NCBI GenBank assembly: GCA_964420325.1
Contig: CAYQSU010000002.1
Coordinates: forward strand, 10,038 to 74,037
Length of the DNA stretch: 64,000 nt
From: an uncultured Rhodospirillaceae bacterium
Lineage (GTDB): Bacteria; Pseudomonadota; Alphaproteobacteria; Rhodospirillales; Defluviicoccaceae
Direction: 5' to 3'
The notes beneath the pieces were generated by a model. That model was not told the DNA's origin. It did not search any database and saw only the letters and a program-made list of their open reading frames with translations. Positions 40,279 through 49,068 of this stretch are shown here, in pieces (position 1 is the first letter of the stretch; each line of letters opens with the position of its first letter). The translations under genes and the position numbers were made by a program.

Positions 40279-41862
40279 ATGATCTATTTCGCGAAATGGA
40301 AGATCGCCCTGGTCCTGGCGGTGTGCCTGGCGGGGCTCGCCTTCGCCGCGCCCAACCTGGTGCCCCGTGAGACGGCCGAGTCGCTTCCCGGCTGGCTTCC
40401 GAGAAAACAGGTCAATCTCGGCCTCGATCTCCAGGGCGGCTCGCATCTTCTGCTCGAGGTCGATTCCGCCGCCGTCGTCAGGGAGCTCATGGAGTCGGTC
40501 GTCGATTCCATTCGCGTCGAGCTGAGACAGGCTCGCATCCGATACACCGGACTGGGTGTCGTCGGGGCCGCCGCCGAGGTGACGATCGCCGAGCCCGAGC
40601 GCCTCGACGAGGCCCGGCGCCTGATCGGCGACATCGCCGCCGACAGCACGGTCGAGGTCCGCGAGGATGCGCGCATCGTCGTGGCCCTGACCGAGCAGGC
40701 CCTGCGCGAGCGGGAGCGGTCGGCGGTGGCCAAGACGGTCGAGATCATCCGTCGCCGCATCGACCAGACCGGTGTCCGCGAGCCGACCATCGTGCCGCAG
40801 GGGGTGGACCGGATCCTCGTCCAGCTTCCGGGCATCGACGATCCGGAGCAGATGAAGCGCATCCTCGGCAAGACGGCGCAGATGTCCTTCCACCTGGTCG
40901 ACGAGGAGACGCCGCTCAGCGAGGCGCTGGCAGGCCGGGTGCCGCCGGCTTCTCGGCTCCTGCCGCTGGACGAGGAGCGAACCACCTCCGGCCGTGAGCC
41001 GATGATCCTGGTCCGCAAGCGCGTCGTGGTCAGCGGCGAGCATCTGATCGATGCCCAGCCGACGTTCGATTCGCAGAGCGGGCTTCCGGTCGTCAACTTC
41101 CGCTTCGATACCCTCGGCGCCAAGCTGTTCGGCGATGCCACGAGCAAGAACGTCGGCCGCCGCCTGGCCATCGTCCTCGACAACAGGGTCATCAGCGCGC
41201 CGGTGATCCGCGATGCCATCCTCGGCGGCAGCGGCATCATCACCGGCAACTTCACCGTGGGGGAGACCAACGAGCTGGCGCTGCTCCTGCGCGCCGGCGC
41301 CCTGCCTGCACCGCTGACCATCCTCGAGGAGCGCACCGTCGGGCCGGAGCTGGGGGCCGACTCGATCGCCGCCGGCGAGGTGGCCGGGGTCGTGGCACTC
41401 GTCGTCGTCATCGCATTCATGGTTCTCGCATACGGGCTGTTCGGCCTGATGGCGATCGGGGCGCTGATCATGAATCTGGTCTTGATCCTGGCCGCGCTGT
41501 CGGTGCTGCAGGCAACGCTGACGCTGCCCGGCATTGCCGGCATCGTGCTCACCATCGGCATGGCGGTCGACGCCAACGTGCTGGTCTTCGAGCGCATCCG
41601 CGAGGAGGTGCGGGGCGGCCGAACACCGATCTCTGCGATCGATGCCGGGTATTCGCGCGCCATGGCCACCATCATCGACGCCAACGTCACGACCCTGATC
41701 GCTGCGGTGCTGCTCTACGTGTTCGGATCGGGGCCGGTGCAGGGCTTTGCGGTGACGCTCGCCATCGGCATCTGCACCTCGATGTTCTCTGCCGTCCTGC
41801 TGACCCGGCTCGGCGTCGTCACCTGGCTTCTCAAGACGCGCCCGCAGGCGCTGCCGATCTAG
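40279..41862 (+). CDS. secD: Protein translocase subunit SecD
   Basis: 527 aa with an N-terminal TM, a periplasmic domain (LGLDLQGG.HLLLEV) and a C-terminal 5-TM bundle. Follows yajC. Confidence 0.95.
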   Translation: MIYFAKWKIALVLAVCLAGLAFAAPNLVPRETAESLPGWLPRKQVNLGLDLQGGSHLLLEVDSAAVVRELMESVVDSIRVELRQARIRYTGLGVVGAAAEVTIAEPERLDEARRLIGDIAADSTVEVREDARIVVALTEQALRERERSAVAKTVEIIRRRIDQTGVREPTIVPQGVDRILVQLPGIDDPEQMKRILGKTAQMSFHLVDEETPLSEALAGRVPPASRLLPLDEERTTSGREPMILVRKRVVVSGEHLIDAQPTFDSQSGLPVVNFRFDTLGAKLFGDATSKNVGRRLAIVLDNRVISAPVIRDAILGGSGIITGNFTVGETNELALLLRAGALPAPLTILEERTVGPELGADSIAAGEVAGVVALVVVIAFMVLAYGLFGLMAIGALIMNLVLILAALSVLQATLTLPGIAGIVLTIGMAVDANVLVFERIREEVRGGRTPISAIDAGYSRAMATIIDANVTTLIAAVLLYVFGSGPVQGFAVTLAIGICTSMFSAVLLTRLGVVTWLLKTRPQALPI

Positions 41863-41871
41863 GAGGGGTTG

Positions 41872-42807
41872 ATGTTTCGCGGCATCAGTCTGATCCCGCC
41901 GGGGACCAAGATCCCGTTCATGAGGCTGAGGTTCGTGTTCTTCAGCCTTTCGGCGATCCTTCTCCTGGTCTCGCTCGGCCTGTTCACGGTCCGCGGCCTC
42001 AACTATGGCATCGATTTCGTCGGCGGCATCGTGATCGAGGTGCAGACGCCGGGACCCGCGGACCTCGCCGCCATGCGCAGCCAGCTCGGCCAGCTCGGCC
42101 TCGGCGGCGTGGCGCTGCAGGAGTTCGGCGCTCCCGACGAGGTGCTGATCCGCATCCAAAGGCAGGAGGGCGGCGACGAAGCCCAGCAGCAGGCGGTCGA
42201 GGCGGTGCGTGCGGCGCTCGGCACTGCCGTCCAATACCGGCGCACCGAGTTCGTCGGCCCCAAGGTCTCCGAAGACCTGTTCTGGAGCGGCGTCTACGCC
42301 GTTTCGCTGTCGCTCCTCGCCATGCTGGTCTACATCTGGTTCCGCTTCGAGTGGCAGTTCGGCCTCGGCGCCGTCATCGCTCTCCTCCATGATGTCATCT
42401 CCACAATCGGGCTGTTCTCCCTGCTCTCGCTCGAGTTCAATCTCTCAACGGTTGCCGCCGTGTTGATGATCGCCGGCTACTCCATCAACGACACCGTCGT
42501 CGTCTACGACCGCGTGCGCGAGGACCTGCGCAAGTACAAGACCATGGACCTGCCGCGGCTGTTCGACATCGCCATCAACGGCACGCTGTCGCGCACAACC
42601 CTGACCAGCTTTACGACCCTGCTCGCGCTGTTCGCGCTCTATCTCCTCGGTGGCGAGGTGATTCGGGGGTTCAGCCTGGCCATGATCTGGGGTATCCTCG
42701 TCGGCACGTACTCGTCGATCTGCGTCGCCGTGCCGCTGCTGCTTTATTTGGGCGTACGGCGCGGCCCGAGCACGGCCGAGGCGGTTGCGGAGACCGCAAC
42801 GAAGTGA
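41872..42807 (+). CDS. secF: Protein translocase subunit SecF
   Basis: The ATG at 41872 lies 5 nt after AGGAGG (the ORF track opens at TTG 41869). LNYGIDF.GG motif is present. Confidence 0.95.
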   Translation: MFRGISLIPPGTKIPFMRLRFVFFSLSAILLLVSLGLFTVRGLNYGIDFVGGIVIEVQTPGPADLAAMRSQLGQLGLGGVALQEFGAPDEVLIRIQRQEGGDEAQQQAVEAVRAALGTAVQYRRTEFVGPKVSEDLFWSGVYAVSLSLLAMLVYIWFRFEWQFGLGAVIALLHDVISTIGLFSLLSLEFNLSTVAAVLMIAGYSINDTVVVYDRVREDLRKYKTMDLPRLFDIAINGTLSRTTLTSFTTLLALFALYLLGGEVIRGFSLAMIWGILVGTYSSICVAVPLLLYLGVRRGPSTAEAVAETATK

Positions 42808-42820
42808 GGAATGCAGGGCG

Positions 42821-43210
42821 TTGTCCGGCCTCGACGCCACGCCACCGACCCGGCCGTCGGGCCTCCAGGTGATCCAGGCCTACGGCAACGGCGGCTTTCG
42901 CATCGCAGGCGAGCGGCACCGCGGATCCTGCCTCGTCTTCCGCGAGCGCACGCGAGCGTGGGGTGTCGGCCGCGCCGAGGACATCAGCGTCGAGTCGCTG
43001 GGTGGCATGGTCGCCACCGAGGAGGGGGTTCGCATCCTGCTCGTCGGCTGCGGCCGGCGCTTCTCGCCGCCGCCGAAGCCGATCGTCGAGGCGCTTCGAG
43101 CGCACGGCATCAACGTCGAGTGGATGGACACGGGCGCCGCGTGCCGCACCTTCAACGTGCTGTTGGGCGAAGACCGCGAGGTCGCCGCCGCCCTGATCGC
43201 CGTCGATTGA
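42821..43210 (+). CDS. Mth938/NDUFAF3-like (DUF498) domain protein
   Basis: Family-typical I..Y..GGFRI.G......S.L........W and LL.G.G........I...L...GI..E.M.T.AACRT.N.L..E.R.VAAALI. The start is uncertain: I chose the TTG at 42821, just after the secF stop; the ORF opens at TTG 42785. Confidence 0.7.
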   Translation: MSGLDATPPTRPSGLQVIQAYGNGGFRIAGERHRGSCLVFRERTRAWGVGRAEDISVESLGGMVATEEGVRILLVGCGRRFSPPPKPIVEALRAHGINVEWMDTGAACRTFNVLLGEDREVAAALIAVD

Positions 43211-43235
43211 CAGAGGGCGGCGCGCGTGCACCGTC

Positions 43236-43253
43236 GCGGCCGATTGCGGCCGC
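43236..43253. terminator. Possible bidirectional terminator hairpin between convergent genes (GCGGCCG-attg-CGGCCGC)
   Basis: A 7-bp perfect GC stem with a 4-nt loop sits in the 54-nt convergent gap. No U-tract follows on either strand. Confidence 0.3.
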
Positions 43254-43264
43254 AAGGCCGGGCG

Positions 43265-43903
43265 TCACGGCCGGGAGGCGCACCAGGATGCACGCACGGA
43301 CCCATGGTTGATGCGGAACCACTGGAGCGCCGCAAGAGCGGTGATGTTGACGAACCGCCCCTCGTCCAGCCAGCGAAAGGCCTCGTCTGCGGCAACCGTC
43401 AGCACGCGGATGTCCTCGTGCTCGTGATCGATGCCGTGAATACCCCCGGCCTCCGAGGCATCGACCCGGCCGCAGTAGATCCTCACGGACTCGGTCAGCG
43501 CTCCGGGGCTGGCGAACACGTGGCACACCGGGATCAGCTCGGACACGTGGCAGCCGGCCTCCTCCCGGGTCTCGCGGCGGGCGACGTCCTCGGGGCTTTC
43601 GCCCTCGTCGATGATGCCGGCGACGATTTCCAGGAGCCAGGGCGAAAGGTCGGCGGAAAACCAGGGCGACGTCAGCGCCGCGGCCAGCGGGCCGATGCGG
43701 AACTGCTCGATCAGCACCAGGCGATCGAGGACGGGGTCGTAGGGGATAACGGCGACGGCATGGCCACGCTCGAACACCTCCCGAACCAGGGGCGGGCTCC
43801 AGCCACCTTCGAACAGACGGTGGCGGAGGCGATAGCGGTCGACCTTGAAGCAGCCGCGGAAGACCGTTTCCCGGTGGCCGATCTCGACGTCGTTGCGTTC
43901 CAT
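43265..43903 (-). CDS. NUDIX hydrolase (ADP-ribose pyrophosphatase NudF-like)
   Basis: ORF trimmed to the ATG at 43903. 212 aa with the Nudix box GIIDEGESPEDVARRETREEAG and an N-terminal region like ADP-sugar pyrophosphatases. Confidence 0.85.
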   Translation of the reverse strand: MERNDVEIGHRETVFRGCFKVDRYRLRHRLFEGGWSPPLVREVFERGHAVAVIPYDPVLDRLVLIEQFRIGPLAAALTSPWFSADLSPWLLEIVAGIIDEGESPEDVARRETREEAGCHVSELIPVCHVFASPGALTESVRIYCGRVDASEAGGIHGIDHEHEDIRVLTVAADEAFRWLDEGRFVNITALAALQWFRINHGSVRASWCASRP

Positions 43904-44114
43904 GGGCTTTCTCCCGCTGTCTGCCGTGGCGGTGTTTTCCCAGAACCGGCGCGGCCGTGCAATCGGGCTGCCGGCCGCCATCGTTGCGCCCCAACCGTGC
44001 GCTTGAGTCCTCGCTGCGGCATGGGCTGCGGAGGTGCGGGCAGCTTGTGGACCTGACGCCAGCTCTCCGCCCCGAAGCGCCTTCGGCACCGGAATCTCGA
44101 GGGATACTAGGCCG

Positions 44115-44729
44115 TTGACCCGTTTTCTTGTCGTCGTCTTGCTGCCGGTCCTGATCGTTCTGGCTTCGCCGACCGGTGCGGCGGGCGCCAGTCGCACGGA
44201 CGCGGAGGCCTTCATTCAGGGCCTCGCCGACAAGGTGGTCGCGGCGTTGACGGCGCCGGACACCACCCGTGACCAGCGCGAGACGCGCTTTCGCGCGCTC
44301 TTGAACGAGCATTTCGCCGTCGGCGACATCGGACGCTTCGTGCTGGGCCGCCACTGGCGGGCGCTCTCCCCTAACGAGCGGGACGAGTATCTCCGGCTTT
44401 TCGAGGAGATGATCGTTGCCACCTACCTCGATCGGTTCGACCGCTACTCGGGCGAGACGCTGAGCGTGATCAGGAGCGTCGCCGCCGATCCACCGGGCGA
44501 CGTCATCGTCCACTCCGAGATCCGACGTGCCCAGGGTGGAGAACCCCTCGCGGTCGGCTGGCGCGTGCGGGGCTATGGCGACCGCCTCAAGATCGTCGAC
44601 GTGATCATCGCCGGCGTCGGCATGAGCGAGACGCAGCGCTCCGAGTTCGGCTCCGTAATGCGACGGCATGGCGGCAGGGTCGACGGCCTGTTCGAGGAGA
44701 TGCGTCGGTTCATCGAAAACCGGCTTTGA
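44115..44729 (+). CDS. hpnM: MlaC/Ttg2D-family periplasmic lipid-binding protein; the hopanoid-cluster member of this family is called HpnM
   Basis: Signal peptide (LTRFLVVVLLPVLIVLASPTGAAGA) followed by a Ttg2D-type body (F.......F....IGRFVLGRHWR.LS..ER.EY..LF......TY..RF). It lies immediately upstream of hpnC. No ATG is available, so the start is TTG 44115 or GTG 44034. Confidence 0.7.
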   Translation: MTRFLVVVLLPVLIVLASPTGAAGASRTDAEAFIQGLADKVVAALTAPDTTRDQRETRFRALLNEHFAVGDIGRFVLGRHWRALSPNERDEYLRLFEEMIVATYLDRFDRYSGETLSVIRSVAADPPGDVIVHSEIRRAQGGEPLAVGWRVRGYGDRLKIVDVIIAGVGMSETQRSEFGSVMRRHGGRVDGLFEEMRRFIENRL

Positions 44730-44762
44730 CATGCCGGGAGCCGGGTCGTACGGATTCCGGCC

Positions 44763-45611
44763 ATGACCGCCTGTGCTCCGGCCGCCGTCGAAACCCCCTC
44801 CGGCAAGGACGAGGCCTACGAGAACTTCCCCGTGGGCTCGTGGCTGCTTCCCGCCGCGCTGCGTCCGCCGGTGGCGATGTTCTATGCCTTCGCCCGAGCC
44901 ATCGACGACATCGCCGACTGTCCCGACCTCGAGCCGGAGGTGAAGGTCGCACGCCTCGACGGCTTCGAGCGCGCGCTCGACGGGCGGCTCGATGATCCGG
45001 CCTACGCCAAGGCCCATGCCATGCGGCGGGTGCTGGACGAGAGGGGGATCACCCCGCAGCACTGCCGCGATCTCATCGCCGCCTTCAAGCAGGACGCAGT
45101 GAAGCGGCGCTACCGCGACTGGGCGGATCTCGTCTCATACTGCATGCTGTCGGCGGCGCCGGTCGGGCGGTACCTGATCGACCTGCACGGGGGGTCGCGG
45201 CACGGCTACGCGCCCTCGGATGCCTTGTGCAACGCCCTGCAGATCATCAATCATCTGCAGGACTGCAAGGACGACTATCGGTTGCTCGATCGGGTCTACC
45301 TGCCGATGGACTGGCTCGAGGAGGCCGGCGCACCGGTCGAGGCCCTTGACGCGACCGAGACCTCGGCACCGCTGCGCCGGGCCATCGACCGCTGCCTCGA
45401 CGGTGTCGAGGAGCTCCTCGAGGCAGCGCACCGTCTTCCCGGCGGTCTCACGAGCCGGCGCCTCGCCATGGAGGCCGCGGCGATCCTCGACATCGCGCGA
45501 ACGCTGACGGCGCGCCTGCGCCGCGGCGATCCGCTGGCGCGGCGCATCGAGCTGTCGAAGGCCGAGTACATGCTCTGCTGTTCCCGGGGCGCGGCCGCGG
45601 CCCTGTTCTAG
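44763..45611 (+). CDS. hpnC: Squalene synthase HpnC (hydroxysqualene synthase)
   Basis: 282 aa of the squalene/phytoene synthase fold, with the HpnC-type N-terminus YENFPVGSWLLP...R..V..FYAFARAIDDIAD. Confidence 0.9.
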   Translation: MTACAPAAVETPSGKDEAYENFPVGSWLLPAALRPPVAMFYAFARAIDDIADCPDLEPEVKVARLDGFERALDGRLDDPAYAKAHAMRRVLDERGITPQHCRDLIAAFKQDAVKRRYRDWADLVSYCMLSAAPVGRYLIDLHGGSRHGYAPSDALCNALQIINHLQDCKDDYRLLDRVYLPMDWLEEAGAPVEALDATETSAPLRRAIDRCLDGVEELLEAAHRLPGGLTSRRLAMEAAAILDIARTLTARLRRGDPLARRIELSKAEYMLCCSRGAAAALF

Positions 45612-45621
45612 AGGTGCCGTC

Positions 45622-46791
45622 ATGACGGTGGTCGCCCTGCTCGCCCTCTCGTCATGCTGTGTCTGGGCCTACCTGGTGCTGTTCAGGGGCGGCTTCTGGC
45701 GATCCGATCAGAGGCTCCCCGAGCGGCCAACTGAAAGGGCGGACTGGCCTCGCGTCACCGCCGTGATCCCGGCGCGCAACGAGGCGGAGACGATCGCACG
45801 GACGGTGCGGTCTCTGCTCTGCCAGGACTACGCGGGGCCGCTCTCCATCGTCGTCGTCGACGATCACAGCGACGACGGCACGGCGGAGCGGGCGAGGGCG
45901 GCAGCTCAGGACTCGCCACGCGTGGAGATCGTCCGCGGCCGGCCGCTGCCGGCGGGGTGGACCGGCAAGCTGTGGGCGGTGTGCCAGGGCATCGAGTTCG
46001 CCGATCGCACCTGGCCCGGGGCGCGCTTTCTGCTGCTGACCGATGCCGACATCGAGCACGAGCCGGATACCCTGCGGCGGCTCGTCGACCGGGCCGAGCG
46101 CGACGGCCGCGACCTCGTCTCGCTGATGGTCCTGCTCGAGTGCCGGCGGTTCTGGGAGCGGCTCCTCGTTCCCGCATTCGTGTTCTTCTTCCAGAAGCTC
46201 TATCCGTTCGCGTGGGTCAACGATGCCGCCCGCAGACAGGCGGCCGCCGGCGGCGGATGCATGCTTGTGCGAAGAGAGGCGTTGCGGCGGGCGGGGGACA
46301 TCGGGATCGTGCGGGGTGCGCTGATCGACGACTGCGCGCTCGCCGGACGGATCAAGGACCAGGGGTCGATCTGGCTCGGCCTGAGCGACGGCACGCGGAG
46401 CCTTCGGGCGTACTCAAGGCTCGGGCAATTCTGGCAGATGGTGGCGCGCACCGCCTATACCCAGCTCGACCATTCGCCGCTGCGGCTGGCGGGAACCGTG
46501 CTCGGCATGGCTCTCGTCTATGCCGTCCCACCGGCGAGCGCGGCCTGGGGCTTGGCGACCGCGGACCCGCTTGCCGCCGTCGCCGGCGCGCTGGCCTGGC
46601 TGACGATGGCGACGATGATGGGACCCACCCTCGCGCTCTATCGGCTGTCGCCGGCATGGGGTGCGGCTTTGCCTCTGGCGGCGTTTCTGTTTACCCTGAT
46701 GACCGTGGACTCGGCCCGTCGCCATTGGCGGGGCCAAGGGGGGCGGTGGAAGGGCCGGACCTACGGCGGTCATCCCTCGCGAATCACCTGA
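45622..46791 (+). CDS. hpnB: Hopene-associated family 2 glycosyltransferase HpnB
   Basis: 389 aa with an N-terminal TM and a GT2 core (VIPARNEA..I...V.SLL.QDY.GP...V.VDDHS.DGT). The HpnB-like stretches I recall are present (GWTGKLWAV.QG, FVFFFQKLYPFAWVND, AAGGCMLVRR.AL...G.I..IRGALIDDCALA). Confidence 0.8.
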   Translation: MTVVALLALSSCCVWAYLVLFRGGFWRSDQRLPERPTERADWPRVTAVIPARNEAETIARTVRSLLCQDYAGPLSIVVVDDHSDDGTAERARAAAQDSPRVEIVRGRPLPAGWTGKLWAVCQGIEFADRTWPGARFLLLTDADIEHEPDTLRRLVDRAERDGRDLVSLMVLLECRRFWERLLVPAFVFFFQKLYPFAWVNDAARRQAAAGGGCMLVRREALRRAGDIGIVRGALIDDCALAGRIKDQGSIWLGLSDGTRSLRAYSRLGQFWQMVARTAYTQLDHSPLRLAGTVLGMALVYAVPPASAAWGLATADPLAAVAGALAWLTMATMMGPTLALYRLSPAWGAALPLAAFLFTLMTVDSARRHWRGQGGRWKGRTYGGHPSRIT

Positions 46792-46829
46792 GAACCGCCG
46801 GGCCGTCTGACGGGAAGGGGCACGCGCTT

Positions 46830-47696
46830 GTGAGGGATCGACACGACGCGGTTTCGCAGCGGGAGGACGAGGCGCACGTCGATACCGTCGTCCGGGCGTC
46901 GGGAACGTCGTTCTACTGGGCGATCCGCATGCTGCCGGACGAAAAGCGGCGTGCCATGTTCGCCGTCTACGCCTTCTGCCGGGAGGTCGATGACATCGCC
47001 GACGAACCGGGATCGGTGACCGCCAAGCTCGCGGCGCTTCGCGGCTGGCGGGAGGAGATCGACAGGGTCTTCGCGGGCGAACCGCGGCGGGCACTGTCCC
47101 GCGCCCTCGTCGAGCCGGTCCGTCGCTTCCGGCTGAGACGGGAGGACTTCATAGCCGTCATCGACGGCATGGAAATGGATGCCGCAGCCCGCGTCCGGAT
47201 CTGCGACCTGGCCGAGCTCGCCCTCTATTGCGATCGGGTCGCGTGCGCGGTCGGACGCCTCTCCGTTCGTGTCTTCGGCGCCGATGACGGCACCGGCGAT
47301 CGCCTCGCCAGTGCGCTTGGCACGGCGTTGCAGCTGACCAACATCCTCCGCGACCTCAAGGAGGACGCGAGGCGCGACCGCCTGTACCTGCCGGCGGACC
47401 TGCTCCTCGAGAGCGGCATCGACGACACCGAGGAGGCCGAGGCCGTGCTCGCCCGGGCGGAGAGCGCCACGGTCTGCCGGCGGCTTGCGGAGATGGCGCA
47501 GAGCCAGTTCACCGAGGCATCCCGTCTGGTCGCGGCCTGCAATCCGCGCCAGGTCCGCCCTGCCGCGATCATGATGGAGGTCTACCGCCGCACGCTGCAG
47601 CGTCTGATGGCGCGGGGCTGGAGCCGCTGGGACGAGCCGGTCTCGGTGCCGTCGTGGGAGAGGCTGTGGGTTGCCTTCCGCTTCGGGGTGATCTAG
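46830..47696 (+). CDS. hpnD: Presqualene diphosphate synthase HpnD
   Basis: The 579-aa ORF was trimmed to the GTG at 46830. HpnD-type N-terminus is present (SGTSFYWAIRMLP...R.AMF.VYAFCREVDDIADE) along with a second Asp-rich region (NILRDL.EDA). Confidence 0.9.
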   Translation: MRDRHDAVSQREDEAHVDTVVRASGTSFYWAIRMLPDEKRRAMFAVYAFCREVDDIADEPGSVTAKLAALRGWREEIDRVFAGEPRRALSRALVEPVRRFRLRREDFIAVIDGMEMDAAARVRICDLAELALYCDRVACAVGRLSVRVFGADDGTGDRLASALGTALQLTNILRDLKEDARRDRLYLPADLLLESGIDDTEEAEAVLARAESATVCRRLAEMAQSQFTEASRLVAACNPRQVRPAAIMMEVYRRTLQRLMARGWSRWDEPVSVPSWERLWVAFRFGVI

Positions 47697-47700
47697 GCGG

Positions 47701-48966
47701 ATGCGGGTCGGCCGCGTGCATGTCGTCGGCGCGGGTCTGTCCGGACTGTCCGCCGCGCTGTGGCTCGCCAGGGCCGGGATCGAGGTGGTGCTCCACGAGA
47801 GCGCCGGGCACGCCGGCGGGCGGTGCCGCTCGTTCGACGATCCGGCGCTCGAGCGCCGGATCGACAACGGCAACCACCTCGTGCTCGGCGGCAATCGGGA
47901 GGTTCATGCCTATCTGGCCGCGGTCGGCGGCCTCGACGGGCTGACCGGTCCCGAGCGCGCGGAGTTCCCGTTCATCGACGTCGCCACCGGCGAGCGCTGG
48001 ACCGTCCGCCCGGGCCGCGGCCCCGTGCCATGGTGGATCCTCCTCCCTTCGCGGCGCGTTCCCGGAAGCCGTCCCGGGGAGTATCTCAAGGCTCTCCGAC
48101 TCGCCTTCTGCCGGCGCGAGGCGACGGTCGGGGAGTGCCTCGCAGGCACCGGCGTCCTGTTTCGGCGCTTCTGGGAACCGCTCACCGTCGCAGCATTGAA
48201 CGCACGGCCCGAGGAAGCCGCCGCGGCCCTGCTGTGGCCGGTCGTCCGCGAGACCTTCGGCCGGGGCGAAGCCTCATGCCGGCCTCGCATCGCACGGGTC
48301 GGCCTGAGCGAATGCTTCGTCGAGCCGGCGCTGGCGGCTCTCGGGCATGCCGGAGCGGTCGTCCGTCTGCACAGGCGCCTTCAGGAGATCCGCTTCGCCG
48401 ATGACGGGGTCCAGGGAATCGCCTTCGCCGACGGCGAGACGACGTTGCTCGATCGCCGGGATGCGCTCGTTTTGGCCGTCTCTCCGGTCGCGGCGGCGGG
48501 GCTGGTCCCCGACCTGCAGGTGCCGAGGGGACACCGCGCCATCGTCAACGCGCATTTCCGTCTCGCCGCGCCGACGCCGGCGGCGGCGGTCATCGGCGTC
48601 GTCGGCGGTCTCAGCCAGTGGATCTTCGTCCGCGGCGATGTCGCGTCGGTGACGGTGAGCGCCGGCGACGCCGTCCTCGACGAGCCCGCCGAGGCTCTGG
48701 CGCGCCGCATGTGGCCGGAGGTGCGCCTCGCGCTCGGGCTCGACGGCATCCCGCGTCCGCCGTTCCGCATCGTCAAGGAACGGCGGGCGACGTTCGCGCA
48801 GATCCCGGACAACCTCAGCCGCCGGCCGCCTGCCCGGACACGCTGGCGGAACCTCGTGCTGGCCGGAGACTGGACCGATACCGGCCTGCCGGCGACCATC
48901 GAAGGCAGCCTGCGCTCCGGGCGAACCGCCGCGGCCGCCATTCTCGCATCTGCAGCAAGCACTTGA
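47701..48966 (+). CDS. hpnE: Hydroxysqualene dehydroxylase HpnE (FAD-dependent amine-oxidase fold)
   Basis: 421 aa with the dinucleotide-binding N-terminus VHVVGAGLSGLSAAL.LA..G..V.LHE....GGRCRSF. Sits between hpnD and shc. Confidence 0.9.
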   Translation: MRVGRVHVVGAGLSGLSAALWLARAGIEVVLHESAGHAGGRCRSFDDPALERRIDNGNHLVLGGNREVHAYLAAVGGLDGLTGPERAEFPFIDVATGERWTVRPGRGPVPWWILLPSRRVPGSRPGEYLKALRLAFCRREATVGECLAGTGVLFRRFWEPLTVAALNARPEEAAAALLWPVVRETFGRGEASCRPRIARVGLSECFVEPALAALGHAGAVVRLHRRLQEIRFADDGVQGIAFADGETTLLDRRDALVLAVSPVAAAGLVPDLQVPRGHRAIVNAHFRLAAPTPAAAVIGVVGGLSQWIFVRGDVASVTVSAGDAVLDEPAEALARRMWPEVRLALGLDGIPRPPFRIVKERRATFAQIPDNLSRRPPARTRWRNLVLAGDWTDTGLPATIEGSLRSGRTAAAAILASAAST

Positions 48967-49068
48967 CAAGCAGGTGTGGTTCGGCGCAACAAGCGCGGTC
49001 GACGCCGTGCGGCCCGGCGACGGCCGGGAAAGGTGCAGTCAAACGGTGTGCCGGCGAAGGGACGAGGG

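Noticed and set aside
40093-42390. A 765-aa ORF antisense to secD-secF. Similar antisense ORFs are 1611..3269, 3762..5156, 5415..6821, 13580..15142, 16852..18900, 26514..28157, 32302..34314, 43152..45062, 51760..53835 and 54158..56218.
   Set aside because: These are shadow ORFs typical of very GC-rich DNA. Their translations are dominated by Arg/Gly/Asp/His/Pro/Ala with no recognisable domains, and each lies fully opposite a gene with clear family motifs.
48976-49068. A 31-codon basic N-terminal extension of squalene-hopene cyclase starting at a GTG.
   Set aside because: The extension (VVRRNKRGRRRAARRRPGK...) is not protein-like. The ATG at 49069 gives an N-terminus followed shortly by the first conserved Shc helix.
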